NCBI GenBank assembly: GCA_964016885.1
Contig: OZ024741.1
Coordinates: 182,900,001-182,964,000, forward strand
Source: Eledone cirrhosa
Lineage: Eukaryota
Length of the DNA: 64,000 nt
Reading direction: 5' to 3'
Made by a program: the position numbers and the translations under genes. Shown here piece after piece: positions 26,949-37,515 of this stretch; the stretch's first letter is position 1; every line of letters begins with the position of its first letter. The notes below the pieces were generated by a model. That model was not told where the DNA came from. It did no database searches and saw nothing but the letters and a program-made list of their open reading frames with translations.

Positions 26949-27150
26949 TTAACCCTTTAGCACTTAAACAGGTATTATCCAGCCAGAATTCTCTCCCGTC
27001 TTTCTGTTCAAACTGGGCATAACCAGCCACTCATACTAACGTTAAGGTATTGTTCTCAAAATAAATAATACCAAAATCTCATAGATTCGATATTATGTGA
27101 AATAAAGCCTTTACTGTAAATATAGAGTAATGTAAATACTAAAGGGTTGA
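26949..27150. mobile_element. TTAA MITE family 1
   Basis: TTAACCCTTTAGCA ... TACTAAAGGGTTGA. Confidence 0.75.
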
Positions 27151-27789
27151 CTGGAAGGCTGAGGAAAGAATGAGTGAGAGTTGAAATGAACATGGCAGGT
27201 ATCATTTGACCAAACTAAAAGCCCAAACAATATAAGCAAAAAAACTAAAGAAAATAAGTAAATATTTACAAAATACATTGTCATAGTATGATTAATACAC
27301 ATGCACACACACATCATTGAGGTAATTGAACAGTTCAATACCTCAGTGACCAGTACTTTCATCCTACTTGGTGATTTTACAACCGATAAAGGTAGCTAAA
27401 CTAAGTGCAACTGACCCAAATGAATAGCTATAGGAATATCTATGCAATTAAGTGGGGAAAAAGTATCCTGTACAATGAATTAGTGGGAGAGTAAAAAGAC
27501 TAGTGTATGTGTGTCATCATGTTTGTTTTTATTTCATGTTTAAATGTGCATGAACACACACACAAAGGTGCCCCCACCCTCGAAAAATTACAATATTTGT
27601 TTTCAGTTAAGTCAGAAGTCAAAATTGTAATTGCATTAGGCTCATTAAATCTAAACTGATGTATTCCCGATTGATATGAACTAACAACATTTATGGAATC
27701 ATTTAAAATCTAATATTTCAAAATATTAGAATGTAAATATCCGAATACCCAAAATATTAGAGAATTATGAAAAATTGAAAAGTGAGCAC

Positions 27790-28300
27790 AGAATGTCAGT
27801 TACTGCTTGGTTGAAGCTCTTTTGACTTAAACAACTGCCGGGATACATTGTAGGATAGAGGAAACAAACCTTAGACTCTGCTTAAGTGTGATGAAAGTCT
27901 AGATGGTCTTTATAACCACTTTAAGCTGTCTGATTGCTAGGTCACAAGTTAGTCATCAACTTATTCACTATGCCCCATAGATTATCAATTAAGTTCAAGT
28001 TAGGTGAGTTACCTGGCCAAAGAAACACCATGTGACGAACAACAAACCAACTAGTGATTAGTTTGGTACTGTGTGCAGGTGCCAGATTCTGCTGGACAGA
28101 ATTTCCACAACACCAAATGTTGGTTTACATAAAGTGGCCCAAGATCTTTTGGTAAACTGCTCTGTTGACTGTGAGCCTGAAGAAACACAATGTTCCACTA
28201 CCTACATTTGGCATGGTACTAGACTTTATATAAGTAAAGTTGCAGAGTTTGGAGTTCAGTGTCAAACTGACATTCTGTACAAACCTTTTAATTTTTAATT
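27790..28300 (-). mobile_element. Decayed Tc1-like transposase fragment
   Basis: The minus strand at about 27968-28020 translates WPGNSPNLNLIDNLWGIV, matching the Tc1 motif WPxNSPDLNPIENLW. Boundaries are approximate. Confidence 0.65.
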
Positions 28301-28836
28301 AACTTGTTCTACTGTAATACCACATTATGGATGTTCAGATATTGACCGACTCTCTCTCTCTATCATCATCATAATTGCCATTTTACCTCCGTTCTTCCAC
28401 GCTAGCATGGGTTAGACGGGTTGTCCTGTTGTGGGGAATGTCCAGTCGGCTGACCTTGTCTTGCTCATACGGGAGCTCTCTCTCTATATATATACACACA
28501 CACACATACATACACAGAGGCATTACTTGAGATACAACCTATAAGACCATTTGCAGTAACAACTGAGCGAAAAGTTGTTAGAGATTAAAGGCACAGGCTA
28601 TAGATATTAGAATATATTTTCTTTTCCTAAGTGTCAAATTTCAAAAGTTGAAAGGTTGAGACTGTATTTTTCAGTGTTGGTTAATGGTTGAACAGGAGTT
28701 GATGTTTGAACAAGCAAAGGCCTTAGTTGATGTCTCCCAGCCAAGACTGGTGGTCAACCTGCCAGCAACAGAGCTAGTTAGTAAGAATCACCTGCTCAAC
28801 AGCTAGGCATGATCAATGTGGAAATAGATGTTAGAG

Positions 28837-28871
<35 letters not shown>

Positions 28872-28914
28872 CTTTATGTGTGTGTGTGTGTATCTTTATG
28901 TGTGTGTGTATCTT

Positions 28915-29313
28915 GGGAGACCCAAGAAGACCTGGGATGAGATGATAAAGGCCAACCTTACCTAATTGCACCTCTCAAGGGCAACGACAGACGACCGTGA
29001 CCTCTGGCGTCACACAGTAATACAGAAGACCCGACTCCCCACAGGAACAAGCCGAAGCTGAAGCATATAGACAATACCCCTCCTCCCCACTGCAAAAAAA
29101 GCACCCAGCCCACACTGTAAAGTGGACGTGTAGGTGCCACGGAAAAAAGCACCCAGCACTACTGTAAATGAGGTTGGTGTTAGGAAGGGCATCCAGCTGT
29201 AGAAATCAAGCCAAGGTCAGCCGACTGGACACTGCCCACAACAGGACAACCCGTCTAACCCATGGTAGCGTGGAAGAATGGACGTAAAACAGTGATGATG
29301 ATGATGATGATGA

Positions 29314-29317
<4 letters not shown>
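28915..29317 (+). mobile_element. 5'-truncated copy of the RTE LINE
   Basis: Aligns with 1476-1925, from GRPKKTWDEMIKANLT through the UTR to (GAT)n. Confidence 0.92.
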
Positions 29318-29346
<29 letters not shown>

Positions 29347-29353
<7 letters not shown>

Positions 29354-29665
29354 CATATTATATTATTTAACAATGTTAACAAAGGCAAGTTATTTTACAT
29401 ATTTCATTCATTGTTTTATGATTGTTTCGGAGGGTTGATCATATCGATATATTGACTGATCTATAGCAGTTAGAGAACTGTATACTATCAGACATAATAT
29501 ATGGGTTTGATCGTACTGTCTTCTTCGGAAACAGTTGTTCTCTAACTGCTATAGATCAACCAATATATCAATATGATCAACCCTCCGAAACGATCATAAA
29601 ACAATGAATGAAATATGTAAAATAACTTGCCTTTGTTATCATTGTTAAATAACATATGTAATATA
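29347..29665. repeat. Fold-back element A: ~130-bp inverted arms, 58-bp spacer
   Basis: About 29347-29478 is the reverse complement of 29537-29665 with a few mismatches and one small indel. Confidence 0.95.
29412..29533 (-). ncRNA. Hammerhead-like motif with U4C core and ~93-nt stem II region (decayed)
   Basis: Minus strand: UGUUU-CCGAAGA-(93 nt)-GAAA-caauca-UA-AAACA. The other arm has GAAA-cgauca-UA, implying an ancestral palindrome CGAUCG. Confidence 0.55.
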
Positions 29666-29974
29666 TCAGACTCTGTATCTGAAAGATTGACTCAGTGAAA
29701 CATGGAACTAATCTCTGGATCTCACTGAACTACATGCTAACAGATTACATTGAGTTCTAACTACAGTATAGACCCTACCACGAAAGGTAGACCACATTGA
29801 ATTGGGTATGTGTTTGTGTGTGTGTGTGTGTACAAAATGAGTTGACAGAACTAGCATGGGTTTCACTACTGGTTGCATCTCAGCGTACTCAATAAGTAAT
29901 GTTATATAAACTTCCAGAGTAGACAATAGTTATTCACTTCAATACAACACACGTAAATGGGTACCTTCAATCTA

Positions 29975-30087
29975 TACCTTATACTCGAGTTTCGGCCACA
30001 ATGCAGCAATAGGGTGCACACCATCTACTGTCTGCATTTATTATGCAACAATGCTCAATCGGTGCATGTGGGCTTCATCAGCGGGTT
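29975..30087 (-). ncRNA. Hammerhead core with ~81-nt stem II region (element B)
   Basis: Minus strand: CUGAUGA(30081-30075)-agcccaca...uguggcc-GAAA(29993-29990)-CUCGAG-UA. Stem III is a perfect palindrome, but stem I is poorly paired. Confidence 0.6.
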
Positions 30088-30384
30088 TCGCCTAATCAAT
30101 AACCAATCTATCAACAGAATTCGGTTCCAGTCCGTGTCGGCCAATACAGTAAAGCATTAACAACTGAAATCCCTACATGTCATCACAATGCCATCCATCG
30201 ATCGGCTACTGATTCAGAAATTTATGTGATGACTGGAGACGAAATTCAAATAATTCTACTCCTGCCATAAGCACTCAGCCAACGTATCTCAAACACAAAT
30301 TAACGAGCGAGTGAAAAAATCAGTCTCTAATCGCAGTAGAATAGAATGGTAGCATTCGGCTGTTATATATATATATATATATAT

Positions 30385-30641
30385 AATGAAACAGTTCCTT
30401 ATATTAAACAAAAAAAGTTCATTATTTAACGATCGTTTCTAGGATATATATGTGTTAGAATTGGCATGCATATTCAACAGATCTATGTACAAAATTATAC
30501 AAAATTATACAGTTTGTATAATTTTGTATAATTTTGTACATAGATCTGTTGAATATGCATGCCAATTCTAACACATATATATCCTAGAAACGATCGTTAA
30601 ATAATGAACTTTTTTTGTTTAATATAAGGAACTGTTTCATT
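30385..30641. repeat. Fold-back element C: perfect 127-bp palindrome with 3-nt loop, followed by a ~165-bp unique tail to 30806
   Basis: 30385-30511 is the reverse complement of 30515-30641. Each arm carries GAAA-CGATCG-TT-AAATAATGAA, a hammerhead 3' half related to element A (GAAACGATCATAAAACAATGAA). Confidence 0.95.
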
Positions 30642-30964
30642 GTTTTATTCATTATTTGTTTAATATTTTATCTTGACTCTGTATACCGTTTATCTTTCAC
30701 CGAAAGTGATTTTTCATTACATCTCTTCTTTCCATGATATCCGGAATACATTGAGTTCTTCATACGGATTGGACACTACCGTAAACTCTTGGTAGATTTA
30801 TCTACATATATATATATATATATATATTAGAAAGTGAGGTTTTTTTTACAAAATGAAAAATAACCGAGGTGTCCTACACGAGTGAAAGTATAAAGAAAAA
30901 GAGATGAAATCGAAAATGCAACTGGAGTCTTATTTTTTAAAAAAATATATATATTTATTTGGTT

Positions 30965-31002
30965 CCTTTACCGGTTTCGCAGTTTTTCTGCTTTTCAAAA
31001 GG
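30965..31002 (-). ncRNA. Minimal type I hammerhead ribozyme, U3:A8 core variant
   Basis: Minus strand: CCUU-UUGAAAA-gcag-aaaaa-cugc-GAAA-ccgg-UA-AAGG. It has a perfect 4-bp stem I, a 4-bp stem II and a palindromic stem III ACCGGU. Confidence 0.75.
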
Positions 31003-31079
31003 TGAGTTGAGATGGAGGGTCTGTGGTTTTTCTCACATCTCAGATGTGAGAAAAACCACAGACCCTCCATCTCAACTCA

Positions 31080-31117
31080 CCTTTTGAAAAGCAGAAGAAC
31101 TGCGAAACCGGTACAGG
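31080..31117 (+). ncRNA. Mirror copy of the U3:A8 hammerhead (one stem I mismatch)
   Basis: CCTT-TTGAAAA-gcag-aagaa-ctgc-GAAA-ccgg-TA-CAGG. Confidence 0.65.
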
Positions 31118-31186
31118 AACCAAATAAATATATATATTTTTTTAAAAAATAAGACTCCAGTTGCATTTTCGATTTCATCTCTTTTT

Positions 31187-31236
<50 letters not shown>

Positions 31237-31739
31237 ACAAGAATATTTTACTTTTCTTTTTCTAAGTATAAGACATGAGAAGTTGAAAGGTAGAGAGACT
31301 ATATATATTTATACATACATACATACATACATACATACACTCACATATATTTCAACTCTGGTTTGTCCAACTGTTAACCAATGCTAAAAACTTTCTGGCA
31401 TGGGAAGAGAAAAAGGAATCTTATACTTATTTATTGATGAAAGTCTTTTAAAACAAAATATTTCAAATATAACACTAGGTTATATTTCTTTATATGCATT
31501 ATTTTTACTTTTAGCTATATCTGAGGATCTTTCGATTCCAGAGTCAGGTTTGATCATTAATAGATTGTTCCTCAAGCTGATCAACAGTGAAACATATGTA
31601 ATATGTTATTATATATGTTATGATGCAACACTGATTCTTTGCTGCTTTCCTTATACTATTAATACTGTGCTCTGTGAGAGTATCAAGTGCTTACCCGGCA
31701 TACCGCCTATGGATGCAATTATTGCACCTCTACACCTAT

Positions 31740-32568
31740 AGAGTTTTCTCCTTCAAAGTAATCCCCCTGAAGTATGTAACTGTAATCTTAGCTCTCTGCA
31801 GTGATCAAACTTTTTTCTTCATAATTTTATATACATGTCCTGTTTCAGGTCGTCAAGCAATGAGCACAGAGCAATGAACAAACTTGGAAACTCCGTCAGA
31901 AGCACTGGGATTGCTGCAGCAATTGTATGGGGATGAGATGATGTCACGCTCATGTGTTTTTGAGTGGTGCAAGAGGTTTAAAGAAGGATGCGAGGACGTG
32001 GAAGATGACCCCAGGAGCGGAAGGACCTCAACAACCAGAACTGAGGTCAACGTTGAGCGCGTCAGGCAGATGGTGCGTAGCAATCGTCGGCTGACTGTTC
32101 GACTGATGGCAAAATGAGCTGGGCATGAATCGGGACAGCGTCTGGAAGATTCTCACTGAAGATTTGTACGTGCGGAAAGTCTGCACGAAGATGGTTCCAG
32201 AACTGCTGAACGATGACCAGAAGGGTCAACGTATGCAAGTGTGCTAGGACATCCTCGAACATCTTGAAACCGAACCAGACTTGCTAGGGACAGTCCTCAC
32301 CGTTGATGAGTCATGGATCTTCGAGTACGACCCAGAGGGGACCCGCTTTGAAGACGTAGACGACATCAAAAAGGCTGCGACGACAGAACTGCGGAGGATC
32401 CCGAAAGAATCCTTCCAGGAGTGCATGCAGGCGTGGCAGAAAAGGATGGAAAAGTGCATTAGACTCCAGGGGGATTACTTTGAAGGAGAAAACTCTTAGT
32501 GTGAAGTTTGGGTTTGAAATAAATCTTTTGTGACATCAGTCCTGGAACTTTTCTGACCCACCTCGTAT
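31740..32568 (+). mobile_element. Mariner transposon remnant with internally deleted transposase (31860-32499)
   Basis: HTH region VFEWCKRFKEG..DDPRSGR, a KMVP linker, then TVDESWIFEYDPE fused directly to GTRFEDVDDIK...QGDYFEG, so most of the catalytic domain is missing. The right TIR ends ...CTGACCCACCTCG-TA. 31740-31770 is an inverted copy of 32466-32496. Confidence 0.9.
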
Positions 32569-34299
32569 ATGGGGGAAGGCGGGCATGTGCATGTGCACAC
32601 ACACACACTGCATAATAACATAAATTTGATATGGGGGTAGAAGAGTGTTGAATTGGATAACTCACTGCATTATAATAGTTTCTTTCTAAATTTAAATCCC
32701 CTTAAAGCCTTTAATCCATGTCCGGTTGTTAAGTGCTAAATAAGAGCCTGAATCAACTCTGCTCTCAAAGAGACTTTATGGGTTGGTAGCAGCCAATTGT
32801 GAAATTCCAGTGTTCGGCATTTTAGTTATGACTACTCTCTCTTTATTGTGAGCATTCCATCTGACTATTTCAGATGTAAACATGTGATTACAGATTTCAA
32901 AGACTGATATAGAGCCTTGTTACAAGAGATACGGTGAGCTGGTGCATCAGTAGGCCTAACATTTGTCTAAATAGAACTTTTCTCGTTGGCTCATAATCAT
33001 TCTTCTATGAAATTTTACTACTGAGTGTCAAATTTACAAAACACATGGCATATCTAGGTAGCAGTTATAGACTGACTTTTAAACAAGTACTACATAGTAA
33101 CTAATATGAACCTGAGATTGTGTCAGAAAATAAAACAATTGAAAGTGTGAAATATTAATCTTTATTACACCACAATCACTTTCATCAGCAATTTTATGTC
33201 TACTTTTCAATAATGACATGGCTTGGACAAGGCTTTTAAGACAGTTTTTCTATTGCCAGATGTCCTTCCTGATCCCAACACAGACTTCCTCACTTATAAG
33301 TATGGTATATGCTGTTGACATTCATCGAATCGCTAATCTATCTGATATATTGTTTATAAAGGATGTAAATGATTATCATCACTTGCTTTTTAAATGGTGT
33401 CAATCAAGACGCATGCAGCAGTTGACATGCACATGCATGCGCACGCGCACACACACTCAGAGAGAGGTTTTTACAAGTTCTGTCTACCAAATTCACTCTC
33501 AAAGTACTGGTTGGCCAAGCTATAGTAGAAGACATTTGCCAAAGGTGCAAGTGATGAAGTTAAACTCAGAATCACATGGTTGAGAAAGGAATATCTTAGC
33601 CACACAGTTATGCCTGCACCTAATAATATTACAACATTATATAAAAGGTGTGTATGTTTATATATATGTTCTGTCAAATAAAGAAGATCAACAGAATCTG
33701 TGATCAGTTCTAAATAAACAACCTAAACTTATTTCATCATTCTGTCTACCTCATATATAGATTCTACAAACGAACATTTAAAGAGAACCATCCCGTACTC
33801 ATATGAGTGTGGTTAAGAAGTTTGCTTCACAACCACAAGGTTTCAGGTTCGATCTCAGTGTGGTACCCTGCATGCCTTCTGCTAAAGCCTCAGGCTGACC
33901 AATGCCTTGTGAGTGAAATTGATAAATGAAAACTGTATGTGTATATGTGTGTGATCCCAGCAACAAACTGGTGTATGGTCGAAGAGGAAGTTTTTTCATG
34001 ATAGAACTGAGAATCTATCATTAAACCTTTTCATAAACCTTGCAGGAGACCAAAAAAACCTACATATAAATGTGTGTGTGTATGTGCACATTATGTATGT
34101 TTGTCTCCATGCGTGTCTTTACATTGACACCACTTGGGAGCTGTTGACATTTGTTTATGCATCAAGCTGTCGAATATTGCTTCAAAAAAAGCCATCTCAT
34201 CCTATTCATGCAAGCATGGAAATGAAGATAATGAGAGGATCTCATATATAATTACATAGAATAGACACACCATATCCCTACATGTCAAAGGAGGCAATT

Positions 34300-34818
34300 T
34301 TATTATGAACCATGCTATGTTAGTGCTACTTAATCCTAGACAGTCAAATTTCTACTATAGGCAAATAAATGAGCATCTTCAGCTGATGTTTTATATGCAA
34401 AAAAAAAGAAAACATATTAGATTTAGCTTATTCTTGTCTCAGTACTGAGTGAATGTCACAAATGACATAAAAATCCAGAAACATGTATCTGACATTTACA
34501 CTGGCTACTGAGATAGCTGTGACAGCTTAAAATATCCATAGGGAGATTCTTGTATGTTTATTATACATCTCTATTATGAACCACGCTATGTTTGTGCTAC
34601 TGCTAATTAATCATAGCCAATGAAGTTTGCACTATATGCAAATGAACATCATTAACTGATGTTTCATATGCAAAAACATATATAAGATTTAGCTAATTCT
34701 TATCTCAGTACCAAGCGAGTAAATGTCACTGATAATAGATAAAAATTAAGAAACTCGCATATGACATTCTCACCAGTTACTGAGATAGCTGTGATATGAT
34801 CACAGCTTAAAATATTCA
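34300..34818. repeat. Diverged tandem duplication (~270-bp period) with conserved hairpins
   Basis: 34301-34540 aligns with 34573-34818 (TATTATGAACCA.GCTATGT...TCTCAGTAC...TACTGAGATAGCTGTGA...CAGCTTAAAATAT). Confidence 0.85.
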
Positions 34819-35793
34819 GTTTATTTTTATTATACTAAATATATTATATATGCCTTTATATACACCTTTATTAGCATCCATGTAGCTGCTCATCTTGATT
34901 ATTTCAACAGTCTTATCCCTTCGTAAATATATTTCTTATAAAATGCACTATATTTGAATTAGTGAAGAATTTGGAAGGATTCACTAAAATAATTATTTCA
35001 TTATTAAGATGGTAGTTATACTATAATCTAATAAAAGGTTCTTGTGTTAAATTATATTGGAAGATTTTAACTGAAACAGGAACCCTTTAAAATAGGTGGT
35101 TTTGTTTCATAGAACCAGAAGCAGTTTTGGGCAGGTTCATATCAAAAGGGTTAATGTGAAATTCAACTACTTAATGCAAAAACAAAAGTTATGCTAACCA
35201 ATTGACCATTTTAGGAACACAATTTACCTTTAACTTCAGGCAGTTAAACTGTCAGTGACCTAGATAGATTACATCATCGGTCAAGAAGGAAGTCTATACA
35301 CACTCACTTGACTTGGTAAAAATAGCAGCTACACCTCCTGAGGTAGATCAAACCATCTTAAAAAAGGAAAGACACATTTCATAATGTCTAGACAGTGCTG
35401 TTTAACCACAAATCAACCTTGATTGAGTAAATATATAACAAAAAGGATTTCATCCCACACCATCTCATTGTTTTAGTTGGTATAACTAGGACTATATTTA
35501 TCCAATGTGTGCCTCCCATTAAGATGGCGATAAAATTTTTGCCAGTATTTCTAGCCAATTAATTATAAATCTGCTAAAGGTGACCAGTGCCACTTCTTTG
35601 ACCAAACTAGTGTAATATATAATGTAGAAATGAATTCACATGCTTTAATTACAACTTAATATTTTTATTTTAAATTAGTTTCATGATAAAATATTTACTA
35701 GTACTTGAAAATGTTAATAGGAAGCAGTAATAATTCCAATCAGTCTACATATCTTATTATGAGATTCAACATAGATTATTTTGTATGTGTGTG

Positions 35794-35904
35794 TTGAAGG
35801 TCTGTACAAGCTATTTTTTCACATCTTATTTTCGTAGATGTGTAACTTATACAAAAGTATATAAGGTGTGTGTAATATATATATGTTTGTGTGTGTGTGT
35901 GCAT

Positions 35905-35940
<36 letters not shown>

Positions 35941-36060
35941 AAGGTCTGTACGTCCAATAAGTCACATACTAGTTTTTCACATCTTATTTTCATAGAAAAA
36001 TGAGTAAATTATACAAAAGTACATAAGGTGTGTGTAATATTTATATGCTTGTGTGTGTGA
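35794..36060. repeat. Tandem duplication (~145-bp period) separated by microsatellites
   Basis: TTGAAGGTCTGTAC...TTTTCACATCTTATTTTC...TTATACAAAAGTA.ATAAGGTGTGTGTAATAT occurs at 35794 and 35938. Confidence 0.85.
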
Positions 36061-37179
36061 TGTATGTGTGTGTGTCCAAACAGCCTATATCATATCTAAA
36101 TGTGATGCTTTACATAAATTCTATTTAAATTATATATAGTATGAAGAATTCAAACTAACAGCAAACGATATTATAAAACAAACATACAGTTAGCGAGTAA
36201 GTCTACAAATCTTAAAATGTCTGCATAAACAAAACAAAAACAAGGTATACTAACCATTACTACAGAGAGAGTACTATAGAACACATTTGATTTTAACAAT
36301 CAAATCAATGTCTATCCTATGAAGTGTGGGCGGATTCTTTAACCTGTGGTAGCAACTAATACAATCACTGAAGGACAGACAGGCAACTAAGCTATTATTA
36401 TAAGTAGGCCAAACCTGTTACTGCATAATACTAATTGCCAAGACACCAATTGGGATGAAAATAGTCAGTAACAACAGCCATATTTAGGTGGGGGTAGAGG
36501 AAGGTATTGCAGTGCTCACTGCATTTGCAGGTCCTTCAAGATCAACCGGTGAAATGCATTTAGTAAATGCTTTTTTTGTTGTAGTTGTTTTTTTTAACAA
36601 TTACAAGTTGAAAACACATACTCAAATATAAAATATCATATATATTTAGCAGGGAAAGCAGATGTTAAATGATGATGATGATGATATATTGATATATATA
36701 ATAGTCCAACCCATGCCAGCATGGAAAAACACATGATGATAATTGTTATTAATCGTGAGTGTTTACTTCAAAGTTTTGCAGGCATTAATCGCTTATCAAA
36801 AACAGTATATGACTCCTTAATTTAGTGCATGTTTAGTGTGTCTGTAAGAAAGATAAAGATAGAGGGGGGGGGGGGGTATGCTAGCACACAAGTGCTAACA
36901 AAATGGAAAAAATAGTTTTCGATATCAAAAGTAGAGTTAAATATGGGATTTTATTGAAACCAAAAGGTTTCACAAAATGTAACTCCAAGTTGCATAGTAA
37001 TTATTAATAAAGCTTTTCACCCAGTAACACTAAGTTTTTTTTTCTTTTCATTGTGTCCCTACAGCCTGACATATTTCTTTTCTCTCTTCCTATAGTGTAT
37101 TACTAAATCGTAAACAATTCTATTTCAAATAGCAACAACACTACAGATATTGTTGTCTTCCTGTTTCTTCTACAACAAC

Positions 37180-37515
37180 TACAACGGTACACGATGGGGC
37201 CCACCCACAGCCCCGGCAGACAGAATGGAGAAGGCGTTTCCCCAGAGGACGGCAAGGGAGACACGCTGGAAAAGCCACACTCCAACTCGCGGGGCTGGCC
37301 AGCCCAGTGCCTATGGTGGTGAGTAAGGAGGTAGCCCTGGGGCCGAGGACACCAGATGTCTCCACTGCTAGGGGTACGACCGCAAACCTGTCGGAGAGCG
37401 ACCGGTATTTGAGGAGTTTGGCCCCCTCAGCCCGACGTGCAGCAGAACCTGGGTCAGTCGCAGACTGCACCAGGTTGCAGCTGCAGAAAGTATCAGTGCA
37501 AGTGGCATCCCAGTA
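37180..37515 (-). mobile_element. Fragment of a CRE-like non-LTR retrotransposon (restriction-like endonuclease C-terminus)
   Basis: WDATCTDTF...GSAARRAEGAKLLKYRSL..FAVVPLAVETSGVLGPRATSLLTTIG. The segment is a GC-rich island in an AT-rich background. Confidence 0.8.

Larger units (their letters stand above)
30889..31193. repeat. Fold-back element D: 152-bp arms, 1-nt centre (31041), 2 mismatches
   Basis: 30889-31040 is the reverse complement of 31042-31193. There is an extra ~60-bp tail at 30829-30888 and (TA)n on both sides. Confidence 0.95.

Noticed and set aside
29347-31193. Palindromes as conventional TIR MITEs or pre-miRNAs
   Set aside because: The arms are far longer than miRNA stems, one arm is asymmetrically extended in C and D, and hammerhead motifs point to Penelope pLTR origin. 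A TA TSD cannot be excluded inside (TA)n.
34272-34320. ATATCCCTA ... GAACCAT resembling the U17/snR30 m1 and m2 motifs
   Set aside because: The motifs are imperfect, and there is no closing stem or ACA box at the required distance.
34488-34515. Minus strand CTCAGTAGCCAGTGTA resembles vertebrate miR-222-5p
   Set aside because: That family is vertebrate-restricted, the partner arm is absent, and the second tandem unit does not conserve the match.
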